Positions 23,497-33,423 of a DNA stretch of 64,000 nucleotides are shown here, in pieces. The DNA is from an uncultured delta proteobacterium (GTDB lineage: Bacteria; Myxococcota; Myxococcia; Myxococcales; Myxococcaceae). The DNA is taken from NCBI GenBank assembly GCA_963796055.1, contig CAWCKH010000001.1, positions 256,001-320,000 on the forward strand, read 5' to 3'. Under the pieces are notes generated by a model, which saw nothing but the letters and a program-made list of their open reading frames with translations, did not search any database and was not told the DNA's origin. The translations under genes and the position numbers were made by a program. Position 1 is the stretch's first letter; every line of letters begins with the position of its first letter.

Positions 23497-23867
23497 TGGA
23501 CGATGTCCTGGGTCGAGCTGCCCGGGGTGAAGATCTCGGACACGCCCAGCTGCTTCAGCCGAGGAATGTCGTCGTCGGGGATGATGCCGCCGCCGAACAC
23601 CTCGATGTCCCCGGCCTTCTGCTCCCTGAGCAGGTCGATCACCGCGGGGAAGAGCGTCATGTGGGCGCCGGACATGATGGACAGGCCAATAGCGTCCACG
23701 TCCTCCTGGACGGCGGCGTTGACGATCATCTCCGGGGTCTGGTGGAGCCCGGTGTAGATGACCTCCATCCCGGCGTCCCGGAGGGCGCGGGCGATGATCT
23801 TCGCCCCGCGATCGTGTCCATCCAGACCCGGCTTGGCGACGAGGATTCTGAGCTTCCTGTCAGGCAT
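23463..23867 (-). CDS. B12-binding small subunit of an acyl-CoA mutase (IcmB-like)
   Basis: [10 protein letters not shown] (DxHxxG), [14 protein letters not shown]. Confidence 0.9.
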   Translation of the reverse strand: MPDRKLRILVAKPGLDGHDRGAKIIARALRDAGMEVIYTGLHQTPEMIVNAAVQEDVDAIGLSIMSGAHMTLFPAVIDLLREQKAGDIEVFGGGIIPDDDIPRLKQLGVSEIFTPGSSTQDIVQWIRQHIQPRA

Positions 23868-23878
23868 CCGAGAACCCT

Positions 23879-25684
23879 TCAGAAGATTCCACCTTCTCGA
23901 TACTGCCCCCAGACCTTCCGGAAGACATCCGAGATCTCGCCGAGGGTGGCGTAAGCCTTCACCGCCTCCAGCACCGGAGGCATCATGTTGTCCGAGCCCC
24001 GGGCGGCAGCCTCGACCTTCGCCAGGGCCGCGGCGACGGCGGCGGGGTTCCGCTCGGCCTTCACCTGGCGAATCCGGGCGCTCTGGTCCTCGGCGACCCG
24101 CTCGTCGATCTTGAGGATCTGCACCGGCTCGTGGCGATCGCTCTCGAAGACGTTCACCCCCACGATCAGCCGCTCGCCCTGCTCCACCTCGCGCTGGTAG
24201 CGGTAGGCGCTCTCGCCGATCTCCTTCTGGGGGTAGCCCTCCTCGACCGCGCGGATGATGCCGCCCATCTCGTCGATGCGGCGGAGGTACTCCAGCGCCC
24301 GCTTCTCCATCTCGTCGGTGAGGTACTCCACGTAGTAGCTGCCGCCCAGCGGGTCGACCACCCGGTCCACCCCCGACTCGTGGGCGATGAGCTGCTGGGT
24401 GCGGAGCGCCAGGGTGACCGACTCCTCGGTGGGCAGGGCGTAGGTCTCGTCCAGCGAGTTGGTGTGCAGCGACTGCGTGCCGCCGAGCACCGCAGCCAGC
24501 CCCTGCAGCGCGGTGCGCACCACGTTGTTGTACGGCTGCTGGGCGGTGAGGCTCACCCCGGCGGTCTGGGCGTGGGTCCGCAGCTGCCAGCTCCGTGGGT
24601 CCCGGGCGCCGAAGCGGTCTCGCATCACCCGGGCCCAGATGCGGCGGGCGGCGCGGAACTTGGCGATCTCCTCGAAGAAGTCGTTGTGGACGTCCCAGAA
24701 GAACGAGAGGCGGGCGGCGAAGTCGTCCACCGCCATGCCCCGCTTCACGCACTCCTCGACGTAGCCGATGCCGTCGGCGAGGGTGAACGCCAGCTCCTGG
24801 ACCGCCGTCGCCCCGGCCTCACGGATGTGGTAGCCGCTGATCGACACCGGGTGCCAGCGGGGCATGTGCCGGCTGCAGAAGTCGATCATGTCGACCACGA
24901 TGCGCACCGCCGGCCGGGGTGGAACGATCCACTCCTTCTGGGCGATGTACTCCTTCAGCATGTCGTTCTGGATGGTCCCCCCCAGCTTCCCCATGGGGAC
25001 GCCCTGCTTCTCGGCCACCGCGATGTACATGCACAGCGCCACGATGGCCGAGGCGTTGATGGTCATCGAGGTGGTGACCTGATCGAGCGGGATGCCGTCG
25101 AAGAGGATCTCGAAGTCGCGCAGCGTGGAGATGGCCACGCCCTCCTTGCCGACCTCGCCCCGGCTCATCGAGTGGTCGGCGTCGTAGCCCATGAGCGCTG
25201 GCATGTCGAAGGCCGTGGAGAGGCCCGTCGTGCCGTGCGCCATGAGGTACTTGAAGCGCTGGTTGGTGTCGGCCGGCGAGCCGAAGCCGGCGAACATCCG
25301 CATCGTCCACAGCCGGCCGCGGTACATCGTCGGTTGCACGCCGCGGGTGTACGGGAACTGGCCTGGAAGCCCGAGGTCACCCACGTCCTCCCGCGCCCGG
25401 TCCGCCGCGGTCACCACCGTGGGGAGGGGAATCCCCGAGTCGGTCACGAACTCGGTCCGGCGCGCCGGGGCCCGGGCGATGCTCTTCGCCACCTCTCCCC
25501 GCTCCCAGGCCTTCTGCGCCGCCGCCAGCTGCCGCACGGTCGCAGCGTCGTAGGTCCGCTGGGCCGGCCGGCGCCTCTTCCCCTCGCTCGAGGCTGCCTT
25601 GGTGGCTGCCGGCCGCGAGGCACGGGCGGTCCGGGGGCTCTTCACGGCTCGCAGCTTCTTCGGGGAACGCCTGGCGGGGGACAT
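23879..25684 (-). CDS. Acyl-CoA mutase large subunit, isobutyryl-CoA mutase type (IcmA-like)
   Basis: [52 protein letters not shown]. Confidence 0.85.
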   Translation of the reverse strand: MSPARRSPKKLRAVKSPRTARASRPAATKAASSEGKRRRPAQRTYDAATVRQLAAAQKAWERGEVAKSIARAPARRTEFVTDSGIPLPTVVTAADRAREDVGDLGLPGQFPYTRGVQPTMYRGRLWTMRMFAGFGSPADTNQRFKYLMAHGTTGLSTAFDMPALMGYDADHSMSRGEVGKEGVAISTLRDFEILFDGIPLDQVTTSMTINASAIVALCMYIAVAEKQGVPMGKLGGTIQNDMLKEYIAQKEWIVPPRPAVRIVVDMIDFCSRHMPRWHPVSISGYHIREAGATAVQELAFTLADGIGYVEECVKRGMAVDDFAARLSFFWDVHNDFFEEIAKFRAARRIWARVMRDRFGARDPRSWQLRTHAQTAGVSLTAQQPYNNVVRTALQGLAAVLGGTQSLHTNSLDETYALPTEESVTLALRTQQLIAHESGVDRVVDPLGGSYYVEYLTDEMEKRALEYLRRIDEMGGIIRAVEEGYPQKEIGESAYRYQREVEQGERLIVGVNVFESDRHEPVQILKIDERVAEDQSARIRQVKAERNPAAVAAALAKVEAAARGSDNMMPPVLEAVKAYATLGEISDVFRKVWGQYREGGIF

Positions 25685-25823
25685 GTGCCCGTGCCTCTAC
25701 CATCGGGATCGGGCCCCTTCAATCGACCGGACTTGCTGAGAGTTCCGGGGCGGCCGCGGAGCGCTGATCCCGGTCGGCGGGCGGCATCCGCGGGCCGGCC
25801 CCGATGCGCGACCGAGCCAGTTT

Positions 25824-25869
25824 TTGCTCACTTCGATGAAACTGAGCAATGTTTTGCCCATGCTATAAA
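25824..25869 (+). promoter_or_regulatory. Candidate operator plus extended -10 upstream of spt
   Basis: TTGCTCA-N12-TGAGCAA (25824-25849) and TG-C-TATAAA (25861-25869) in an AT-rich divergent intergenic region. Confidence 0.4.
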
Positions 25870-25956
25870 CTGGACTCAAGCGGCTGTCTTTCCTGGCATT
25901 TTACCGGCTCCGCTTTCCTTGACTACACAGTCACCGGTCCGTACAAGCACCCTTCC

Positions 25957-27492
25957 ATGCGCGACGTCTTCGACAAGTGCCCAGCATTCAAGGACGACCG
26001 GATCGCCAAGGCAGCGGGCCTCTACCCGTACTTCCGGCCCATCGAGGCCTCACACGGGAGCACCGAGGTCGACATCGAGGGCCGCCGGGTCATCATGGTC
26101 GGCTCGAACAACTACCTGGGCCTCGCCGGTGACCCACGGGTGAAGGAGGCGGCCATCGAGGCGATCCGCCGCTTCGGGACCACCTGCTCGGGGAGCCGGC
26201 TGCTGAACGGGACGTTGACCCTCCACGAGGAGCTCGAGTCCCGCCTGGCCAAGTTCCTCAACCGCCAGGCGGCGCTGGCCTGCTCCACCGGATTCCAGAC
26301 CAACGTGGCCACGGTCTCGGCCATCCTCGGCCGGCACGACATCGTCTTCACCGACCGGCAGAACCATGCGTCGCTGGTGGACGGGGTGCGGCTCGGGTTC
26401 GCCGAGGAGAAGCGCTACCGGCACCAGGACATGGGTCACCTCGAGTCGATGCTCGAGTCCGCCGATCCCGAGGCCGGGAAGATCATCATCACCGACGGCG
26501 TGTTCTCGATGGAGGGGGACCTCTGCAACCTCCCCAAGATCGTCGAGCTGGCCCAGAAGTACCGGGCCCGGGTGATGACCGACGACGCCCACTCCATGGG
26601 CGTGCTCGGCGCGCACGGCCGCGGCACCGCCGAGTACTTCGGGCTGGAGGCCCAGACCGACCTGGTCATGGGCACCTTCAGCAAGAGCTTCGCCAGCCTG
26701 GGCGGGGTCATCGCCGGCCCCTACGACGTCATCAACTTCATCAAGCACCGGGCCCGTCCGGTGGTCTTCAGCGCGTCGATGACCCCGCCCAGCGTGGCCT
26801 CGGCGCTCAAGGCCCTCGACATCATCGAGGCCGAGCCGCAGCGCCGGACGCGTCTGCTGGATATCGCGGAGAAGATGCACAACGGCTTCCGGGCGATGGG
26901 CTTCGACACCGGCGTGTCGGTCACCCCCGTGGTGCCGGTGCTGGTCGGTGATCAGGTGAAGTGCTTCCGCTTCTGGAAGGCGCTGTTCGAGGCGGGCGTG
27001 TTCACCAACCCGGTCATCCCCCCGGCGGTGGAGCCCGGGCACGCCCTGCTCCGGACCAGCTACATGGCCACCCACACCGACGCCCAGCTCGACCGGGTCC
27101 TCGAGGCGTTCGAGAAGATCGGCCGCCGGATGAGCATCATCCCCGAGACCCGCCCCACCAGCTTCGTGCCGGTGAAGGTGGCCCGGCCCGGAACCTTCGT
27201 CACCGCGAACCAGGCCTCCCAGCGCTGGGCGGCGGCATCGGCCGGTCTCCTCGCCGACCGGGGCCTCTCGCTCGAGGCCATCTCCAAGCTCTCCGGCCGC
27301 GACGTGGCCCGGAAGCTGGCCGATGCGGTGGAGACCCTGACCTGGCGGGCCGCCAACTTGCAGCCCGAGGACCTCAAGCGGCTCGGTTCGGCCCCCTTGC
27401 GTCTTTGGGAGAAGCGGACCGAGATCCCGGGCCTGATTCTCGAAAAGGGCGCCAATCTGTTCATGAAGAACGGCAAGCAGCCCGACGCCTGA
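25957..27492 (+). CDS. spt: Serine palmitoyltransferase (alpha-oxoamine synthase) with a C-terminal extension
   Basis: GLYPYF, GSNNYLGL, GSRLLNGT, NHASL, DDAH, GTFSKSFAS PLP-lysine motif; neighbours fit a ceramide pathway. Confidence 0.75.
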   Translation: MRDVFDKCPAFKDDRIAKAAGLYPYFRPIEASHGSTEVDIEGRRVIMVGSNNYLGLAGDPRVKEAAIEAIRRFGTTCSGSRLLNGTLTLHEELESRLAKFLNRQAALACSTGFQTNVATVSAILGRHDIVFTDRQNHASLVDGVRLGFAEEKRYRHQDMGHLESMLESADPEAGKIIITDGVFSMEGDLCNLPKIVELAQKYRARVMTDDAHSMGVLGAHGRGTAEYFGLEAQTDLVMGTFSKSFASLGGVIAGPYDVINFIKHRARPVVFSASMTPPSVASALKALDIIEAEPQRRTRLLDIAEKMHNGFRAMGFDTGVSVTPVVPVLVGDQVKCFRFWKALFEAGVFTNPVIPPAVEPGHALLRTSYMATHTDAQLDRVLEAFEKIGRRMSIIPETRPTSFVPVKVARPGTFVTANQASQRWAAASAGLLADRGLSLEAISKLSGRDVARKLADAVETLTWRAANLQPEDLKRLGSAPLRLWEKRTEIPGLILEKGANLFMKNGKQPDA

Positions 27493-27517
27493 GCCCCGAG
27501 CCCGGAGTCACGACCGC

Positions 27518-28699
27518 ATGCCTGCTTCCGTGAAGAAGCTTCGAGCAGTGGAGAGCTCTGTCCCCGCCGCGTCCGACGTGACGGTCACCCCGGTGCAGAG
27601 CACGCAGGACCGCGAGGCCTTCATCCGCTTCCCCTACACGCTCTACGCCGGCGACCCGAACTGGGTCCCGCCGCTGGAGATGGAGCGGAAGGACTTTCTG
27701 GATCCGAAGAAGAACCCCTGGTTCGAGTTCGGCAACGCCGAGCTGTTCCTGGCCCGGCGCAACGGGCAGGTGGTGGGCCGGATCGCCGCCGTCGATGACC
27801 CGCACTGGAACGACTTCTACAAGAGCCGCACCGGCTTCTTCGGGATGTTCGAGTCCATCGACGACCCGGCGGTGGCCAGAGGGCTGTTCGACGCCGCGGC
27901 CTCGTGGGTCAAGGCGCAGGGCTTCCCGGAGATGATGGGGCCGTTCAACTTCAGCACCAACTACGAGTGCGCGGTGCTGGTGGAGGGCTTCGAGTCGCCG
28001 CCCGCGGTGATGATGACCTACAACCCGCGGTACTACGACGCGCTCTACACCGGCGCCGGGTTCACCAAGGCCAAGGACCTCTGGGCCTACGACCTGTCGA
28101 GCTCCGTCCCCCCGCCGGAGCGGGTGGTGCGGATCTCGGAGAAGATCCGGCAGCGGGAGGGCATCGTCGTCCGCTCCATCCGGATGAAGGACTACGCCGC
28201 CGAGGTCCGCCGGGTGAAGGAGATCTACAACGCGGCCTGGGAGGACAACTGGGGCTTCGTCCCCATGACCGACCACGAGTTCGATCACATGGCCAAGGAG
28301 ATGAAGGCCATCATCCGGCCCGAGCTGGTGCTCATCGCCGAGGTGAAGGGCGAGCCGGTGGCCTTCTCCATGACCATCCCCGACGCGAACTTCGCGCTGA
28401 AGGCCGCCGGTGGGCGACTCACCAAGTTCGGGCTCCCCATCGGACTGGTGAAGCTGCTCCTTGCCTCGAAGCGGATCCGCCGGCTGCGGCTCATCACCCT
28501 GGGCATCAAGGAGGGGTTCCGGAAGCGCGGCATCGACGCGGTGCTGTACCTGGACACGCTCACCACCGCGAAGAAGCTCGGGTACAGCGGCGGGGAGATC
28601 TCCTGGACGCTCGAGGACAACCACCTGGTCAACCGGGCGATCGAGATGATGGGCGGCAGGAAGACCAAGACCTACCGGGTCTACCGGCGGGCGGTCTGA
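27518..28699 (+). CDS. GNAT-fold N-acyltransferase, bacterial ceramide synthase (bCerS)-like
   Basis: DPNWVPPL, KNPWF, GRIAA, GFFGMFE, YNPRYY, NWGFVP, EISWTLEDN. Confidence 0.7.
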   Translation: MPASVKKLRAVESSVPAASDVTVTPVQSTQDREAFIRFPYTLYAGDPNWVPPLEMERKDFLDPKKNPWFEFGNAELFLARRNGQVVGRIAAVDDPHWNDFYKSRTGFFGMFESIDDPAVARGLFDAAASWVKAQGFPEMMGPFNFSTNYECAVLVEGFESPPAVMMTYNPRYYDALYTGAGFTKAKDLWAYDLSSSVPPPERVVRISEKIRQREGIVVRSIRMKDYAAEVRRVKEIYNAAWEDNWGFVPMTDHEFDHMAKEMKAIIRPELVLIAEVKGEPVAFSMTIPDANFALKAAGGRLTKFGLPIGLVKLLLASKRIRRLRLITLGIKEGFRKRGIDAVLYLDTLTTAKKLGYSGGEISWTLEDNHLVNRAIEMMGGRKTKTYRVYRRAV

Positions 28700-28720
28700 G
28701 CGGGAGCCACGGGACTCACG

Positions 28721-29722
28721 ATGAAGGTCCTCCTCACCGGTGGCAGCGGCTTCGTCGGCGGACAGCTGGCGAAGCTCCTGGTGGCCCGCGGCGACGAGGT
28801 GGTCGCGCTGGTCCGGCGCTCGTCGAAGGTGGACGCCCTGAAGGCCCTGGGCGTCCGCATCGCGGTCGCCGACCTCCACACCGGCGACGGGGTGAACGAG
28901 GCCGTCCAGGACGTCGAGGCGGTGCAGCACATCGCCGGCGTCACCAAGGCTCGCACCGAGGAGGAGTACCTGCGGGGCAACGCCGAGACCACGCGCATTC
29001 TGGCCTCGGTGCTCGCTCGGCAGAAGCACCCTCCCCGCCTGGTCGTCTGTAGCTCGCTGGCCGCCGCCGGCCCGGCGCGGATCGGCAAGCCTCGCACCGA
29101 GGACGAGCACCCGGCCCCGGTCTCGATGTACGGCCGGAGCAAGCTCGCCGCCGAGCAGGCTGCCCGCGAGTTCGCCGACCGGGTGCCCACGGTCATCGTT
29201 CGCCCACCGTTCGTCTACGGCCCCGGCGACCTCACCAACCTCCCCCCGCTCATCGCCATGGGGAAGACGGGCGTGTACCTCAAGGCGGGCCTCGGCCCGA
29301 AGCACTTCAGCTTCGTCCACGTGGACGACCTGAACCAGGCTCTGGTCGCCGCCGCTGAGCGGGGCAAGACGCTCAGCCGCGAGGATCCGACCCAGGGCGT
29401 CTACTTCGCCTCCGACCCGAGCCCATACAGCTGGGAGGACTTCTGCACTTCCCTCAGCCGGGCGCTGGGGCGGGGTAAGCCGAAGGTCATCGCGCTGCCC
29501 GAGTTCGTGGGCTGGGCCACCGGCGCGGGTGCCGAGCTCGGAAGCCGGCTGCTGGGCACGGTGTCGATCATGAACCGCGACAAGGCGAAGGAGATGGCCC
29601 AGGAGGCCTGGACCTGCTCGCCGGCGCGGGCGGCCGAGGAGATTGGCTTCCGGCCCGAGTACCCGCTCGACCCGGGTCTGGAGAACACCGTCGCGTGGTA
29701 CCGCACGCAGGGGCTGGCATGA
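28721..29722 (+). CDS. NAD-dependent epimerase/dehydratase-type SDR; candidate ceramide / 3-ketosphinganine reductase
   Basis: TGGSGFVG, SSLAA, YGRSK; sits between the two bCerS-like genes. Confidence 0.7.
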   Translation: MKVLLTGGSGFVGGQLAKLLVARGDEVVALVRRSSKVDALKALGVRIAVADLHTGDGVNEAVQDVEAVQHIAGVTKARTEEEYLRGNAETTRILASVLARQKHPPRLVVCSSLAAAGPARIGKPRTEDEHPAPVSMYGRSKLAAEQAAREFADRVPTVIVRPPFVYGPGDLTNLPPLIAMGKTGVYLKAGLGPKHFSFVHVDDLNQALVAAAERGKTLSREDPTQGVYFASDPSPYSWEDFCTSLSRALGRGKPKVIALPEFVGWATGAGAELGSRLLGTVSIMNRDKAKEMAQEAWTCSPARAAEEIGFRPEYPLDPGLENTVAWYRTQGLA

Positions 29723-30933
29723 ACCTAAACTCCGTCCGAAACCTCCGCAGCGCCCGGCGCAAGGCGAGCAAGCCCGCGACCCCGGCCGTCCTTCCCTCGA
29801 CCGGCGTCCAGGTCACGCCGGTCCGCTCGACGTCGGAGCTCGACGAGTTCATCCGCTTCCAGCTCGAGCTGTACCGGGACGACCCGTACTTCGTGCCGCC
29901 CATCGTGGCCGAGCGACGCGACTTCCTGAACCGGCGGAAGAACCCCTTCTTCACCCACGCCGAGGTGGAGCTATTCCTGGCGCGGAGGAACGGCAAGGTC
30001 GTGGGCCGCATCGCGGCAATCGACGACGCGCTGTGGAACCAGTTCCACAACACCGAGACCGGCTTCTTCGGGATGTTCGACGTGCCGAACGATCCGGAGG
30101 TGGCGAGCGCGCTCCTGGACGCGGCGGCCGGGTTCGCGCGGAGCCGGGGAATGAAGACGCTCACCGGGCCGGTGAACCTCTCCACCAACCACGACTGCGG
30201 CGTGCTGGTGGAAGGCTTCGAGTTCCCGCCGGCGATGATGATGCCCTACAACTACCGGTACTACGGCGCGCTCCTCGAGGGCTGGGGCCTGAAGAAGATG
30301 CGGGACCTCTACGCCTACGACATCTCGGCGGCCATGACCCCGCCGGAGAAGATGGTCCGCATCGCCGAGCGCCTGAAGGAATCGGAGCAGGTCCGGGTCC
30401 GGCCGCTGAACATCCACGATCTCCCGGAGGAGATCCGCAAGCTGAAGAGCATCTACAACGCGATGCTCGACCGGAACTGGCTCTTCCTCCCGATGAACGA
30501 GGAGGAGTTCGATTCCATCACCGCCCGGCTCCGGCCGCTGGTCCGGGTGCGGCCCGAGCTGTGCCTCATCGCCGAGGTCAAGGGCGAGCCGGTGGCGTTC
30601 TGCATCACCCTCCCCGACTCGAACCTCGCCATCCGCGAGGCCGGCGGGCAGCTGACCCGCTGGGGCGTGCCGGTGGGGCTGGCGAAGATGGCCTGGGCGG
30701 CGCGGCGCATCGAGCGGCTGCGGGTCCTGCTCTTCGGCATCAAGCCCGGGTACCGGCGGCGGGGCCTGGACGCGCTGCTGGGACTGGAGACGCTGCGGGC
30801 GGCTCGTCGGCTCGGGTACGACGGCGCGGAGCTCGGCTGGACCACCGAGGACAACGAGCTGATGAACCGGGCCATCGAGTCGATCGGCGCGCGCCGGTAC
30901 AAGACCTACCGGATCTACGAGAAGGCGCTCTGA
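29719..30933 (+). CDS. Second bCerS-like N-acyltransferase paralog
   Basis: Collinear with 27518..28699 (KNPFF, GRIAAIDD, ELGWTTEDN, YKTYRIY); ATGA overlap with the SDR gene. Confidence 0.7.
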   Translation: MNLNSVRNLRSARRKASKPATPAVLPSTGVQVTPVRSTSELDEFIRFQLELYRDDPYFVPPIVAERRDFLNRRKNPFFTHAEVELFLARRNGKVVGRIAAIDDALWNQFHNTETGFFGMFDVPNDPEVASALLDAAAGFARSRGMKTLTGPVNLSTNHDCGVLVEGFEFPPAMMMPYNYRYYGALLEGWGLKKMRDLYAYDISAAMTPPEKMVRIAERLKESEQVRVRPLNIHDLPEEIRKLKSIYNAMLDRNWLFLPMNEEEFDSITARLRPLVRVRPELCLIAEVKGEPVAFCITLPDSNLAIREAGGQLTRWGVPVGLAKMAWAARRIERLRVLLFGIKPGYRRRGLDALLGLETLRAARRLGYDGAELGWTTEDNELMNRAIESIGARRYKTYRIYEKAL

Positions 30934-31054
30934 GACCCGCTCAGGGGGGCGTCAGGGTTGCGCAAGGCTTCCAGTCGTCTGGCCCCGTGCTCATCCACGT
31001 GCTCCGGTGAAGGCGCTGGCCGCGGGTGCGTCACACCCGTAAGTTCTCGCTCCG

Positions 31055-31540
31055 ATGTGGAACCTCGCCCACCTGCACATCACGATCAACCACATCCCGG
31101 TGGTGCTGGTCCCGGCCGCGCTGGTGATCTTCGCGGTGGCCGCCTGGCGCAAGTCGCTCCCGGTCCTGCGGACCGGCATCGTGGTGGCCTGGGTCGCGGC
31201 GCTCTTCGCCCTGGCCTCCTTCCTCACCGGTGACGCCGCGGCAGATCTCGTGATGGCGGTCGAGAAGGCCCAGGAGAAGACCCTGGACCCACTGGTCGAG
31301 GCGCATGACGATTCGGCCGCCTGGGCGCTCGGGTCCTCCCTCCTCCTCGCCGCCGCCGGGGTCTGGGGCTGGCGCCGCAAGGGGCTCGGGAACGAGGTCA
31401 CCGTCCCGTTGCTCGTGCTCTCGGCCCTGGGCACGGCCATCCTGGCCAGGACGGCCTACCTGGGCGGTCAGATTCGCCACCCCGAGGCCCGCCCGGGCTT
31501 CGTCGCCCCGGCTGGTGGCGAGCACGAGCACGAGAAGTAG
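31055..31540 (+). CDS. Four-TM membrane protein with conserved His residues (DUF2231-like)
   Basis: HLHITINHIP, EAH, GGQIRHPE; hydrophobic helices. Confidence 0.6.
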   Translation: MWNLAHLHITINHIPVVLVPAALVIFAVAAWRKSLPVLRTGIVVAWVAALFALASFLTGDAAADLVMAVEKAQEKTLDPLVEAHDDSAAWALGSSLLLAAAGVWGWRRKGLGNEVTVPLLVLSALGTAILARTAYLGGQIRHPEARPGFVAPAGGEHEHEK

Positions 31541-31670
31541 GTCCCCGGAGACCGACCTGACTGTTCGGCCGGGGTCCCTGCGGGGCCAGCAGAGGGGTGA
31601 CAGGCTCCCGGCGGAGCGTGTAACACCTGGTCGCCGTTCGACGTCCCCCACGGGACTCCGGAGAATCGAC

Positions 31671-32591
31671 ATGCGCCTGACCGACCGCGTGAAGCAGATC
31701 CTGTCCTGGTATCCGTCCGACAGCCCGGGCACCAAGACCAACCTGGCCCGGTTGCTCAACACCGGCACGCTCGCCGGGACCGGCAAGCTGGTCATCCTCC
31801 CGGTCGACCAGGGCTTCGAGCACGGCCCAGCCCGCTCCTTCGCCCCGAACCCGCCCGGGTACGACCCGGACTACCACGTGCAGCTGGCCATCGAGGCGGG
31901 CTGCAACGCCTACGCCGCCCCGCTCGGGTTCCTGGAGGCCATCGCCGGCAACTACGCGATGGAGATCCCCCTCATCCTCAAGCTCAACAACTCCGACTCG
32001 CTGAGCAAGCTCGAGCCGGCCTCGGCGGTGACCGGCTCGGTGAAGGACGCGGTGCGCCTCGGCTGCGCCGCGGTGGGCTACACCATTTACCCGGGCAGCG
32101 CGCAGCGGAACGTCCTGCTCCAGGAGCTCCGGGAGATCCTCGAGGAGGCCAAGGAGCACGGCCTCCCCACGGTGGTCTGGGCGTACGTCCGCGGCTCCAG
32201 CATCCCCAAGGAGAGCGAGCAGGCCGTCGACCTCATCGCCTATGCCGCCCAGGAGGCGGCACAGATGGGCGCGCACGTGGTGAAGGTGAAGCCGCCCAAG
32301 GACCAGGTGGAGCTGGCCGAGGACAAGAAGGTCTACGAAAAGTACGCCGTCCCCACCAAGACGCTGGCCGAGCGCGTCCGCCACGTGGTGCAGAGCTGCT
32401 TCAACGGCAAGCGGATCATCATCTTCTCCGGGGGCGAGGCGAAGGACACCCCCGCGGTGCTGGAGGAGATCCGGGGCATCCGGGACGGCGGCGGATTCGG
32501 CTCGATCATGGGCCGCAACGCCTTCCAGCGCCCGAAGGACGAGGCGGTGAAGCTCCTCCGGGACGTGATGGGGATCTACCAGGGCAAGTGA
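31671..32591 (+). CDS. fbaB: Class I fructose-bisphosphate aldolase (DhnA type)
   Basis: ILPVDQGFEHGP, YTIYPGS, AHVVKVK, GSIMGRNAFQR. Confidence 0.9.
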   Translation: MRLTDRVKQILSWYPSDSPGTKTNLARLLNTGTLAGTGKLVILPVDQGFEHGPARSFAPNPPGYDPDYHVQLAIEAGCNAYAAPLGFLEAIAGNYAMEIPLILKLNNSDSLSKLEPASAVTGSVKDAVRLGCAAVGYTIYPGSAQRNVLLQELREILEEAKEHGLPTVVWAYVRGSSIPKESEQAVDLIAYAAQEAAQMGAHVVKVKPPKDQVELAEDKKVYEKYAVPTKTLAERVRHVVQSCFNGKRIIIFSGGEAKDTPAVLEEIRGIRDGGGFGSIMGRNAFQRPKDEAVKLLRDVMGIYQGK

Positions 32592-33238
32592 GACCGGCTA
32601 CGGCGCGAGGATGGCGCCTCCACCGCGCTCCTGAACGAGGGTGACTCGGGCGGCTCCGGCGGGGCCGTCTTGCTGCGCTCCACGGCCTGGCGCACCAGGT
32701 TGTCCACCACCGCGTTCAGCGCCGCCCAGTCGGTGAACACCACTTGCCGCGTGGGCTCGTCGGGCGCGTTGCGGTGCACGATCTTCCGCATCAGCAGCCG
32801 GGTCAGCGCACCGTACGCGGTCTCGGTCAGCGCGCCGGCGATCGGGACCGCCTTGTCCGGGCGCCAGCCGGTCTCGAGCACGAAGTCGTCCAGCACCTTC
32901 CGGGTGGCGCGCTGGGCCTCCAGCCGCTCGCCGTCGGGCCGGTGGACGTCCTCCGCGGCCGCCTCGGTCAGGCTCACCGACAGAAAGAGTGTAGGAACCA
33001 CTTCCAGCTCGAGGCGGCGCGCCCGCACGAACTTCACCAGCTCCCGCTCGTGGTGCCCGAGGTGGACGCCCCCGGCCAGGATGACCGCCGCGTAGCGCTC
33101 CAGCGGGGGCAAGGCCTCGGTCCGGACGTCCTGGATCTGCGCCTCGTGGGCCAGCGTGCGAATGCGGTCGGCGATGCGCTGGGCCACGCGCCGGGTGTGC
33201 CCGCTGCGGGTGGAGTAGACGACGAGGAACGGTTTCAT
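32576..33238 (-). CDS. Flavodoxin-domain protein (HemG-like)
   Basis: VVYSTRSGHTRRVA, FLSVSL, FTDW. Confidence 0.75.
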   Translation of the reverse strand: MKPFLVVYSTRSGHTRRVAQRIADRIRTLAHEAQIQDVRTEALPPLERYAAVILAGGVHLGHHERELVKFVRARRLELEVVPTLFLSVSLTEAAAEDVHRPDGERLEAQRATRKVLDDFVLETGWRPDKAVPIAGALTETAYGALTRLLMRKIVHRNAPDEPTRQVVFTDWAALNAVVDNLVRQAVERSKTAPPEPPESPSFRSAVEAPSSRRSRSHLPW

Positions 33239-33423
33239 GCCTTGTGAATGCTGCATCGACCGTACCCTCTCCGATGCCTGGACGAACGGGCGGGGTGGTC
33301 TGCAAGCCCTGCGCATGCCCGCTGCCCGCAGCGCAGCCGCTGCGCCCGGAAGGGACGCTCGACGGGGCTTCTTCGCGCACGCCGGATGCATTGCATCAAG
33401 TGTGCGCCGAGGAGGGCGTCGTC

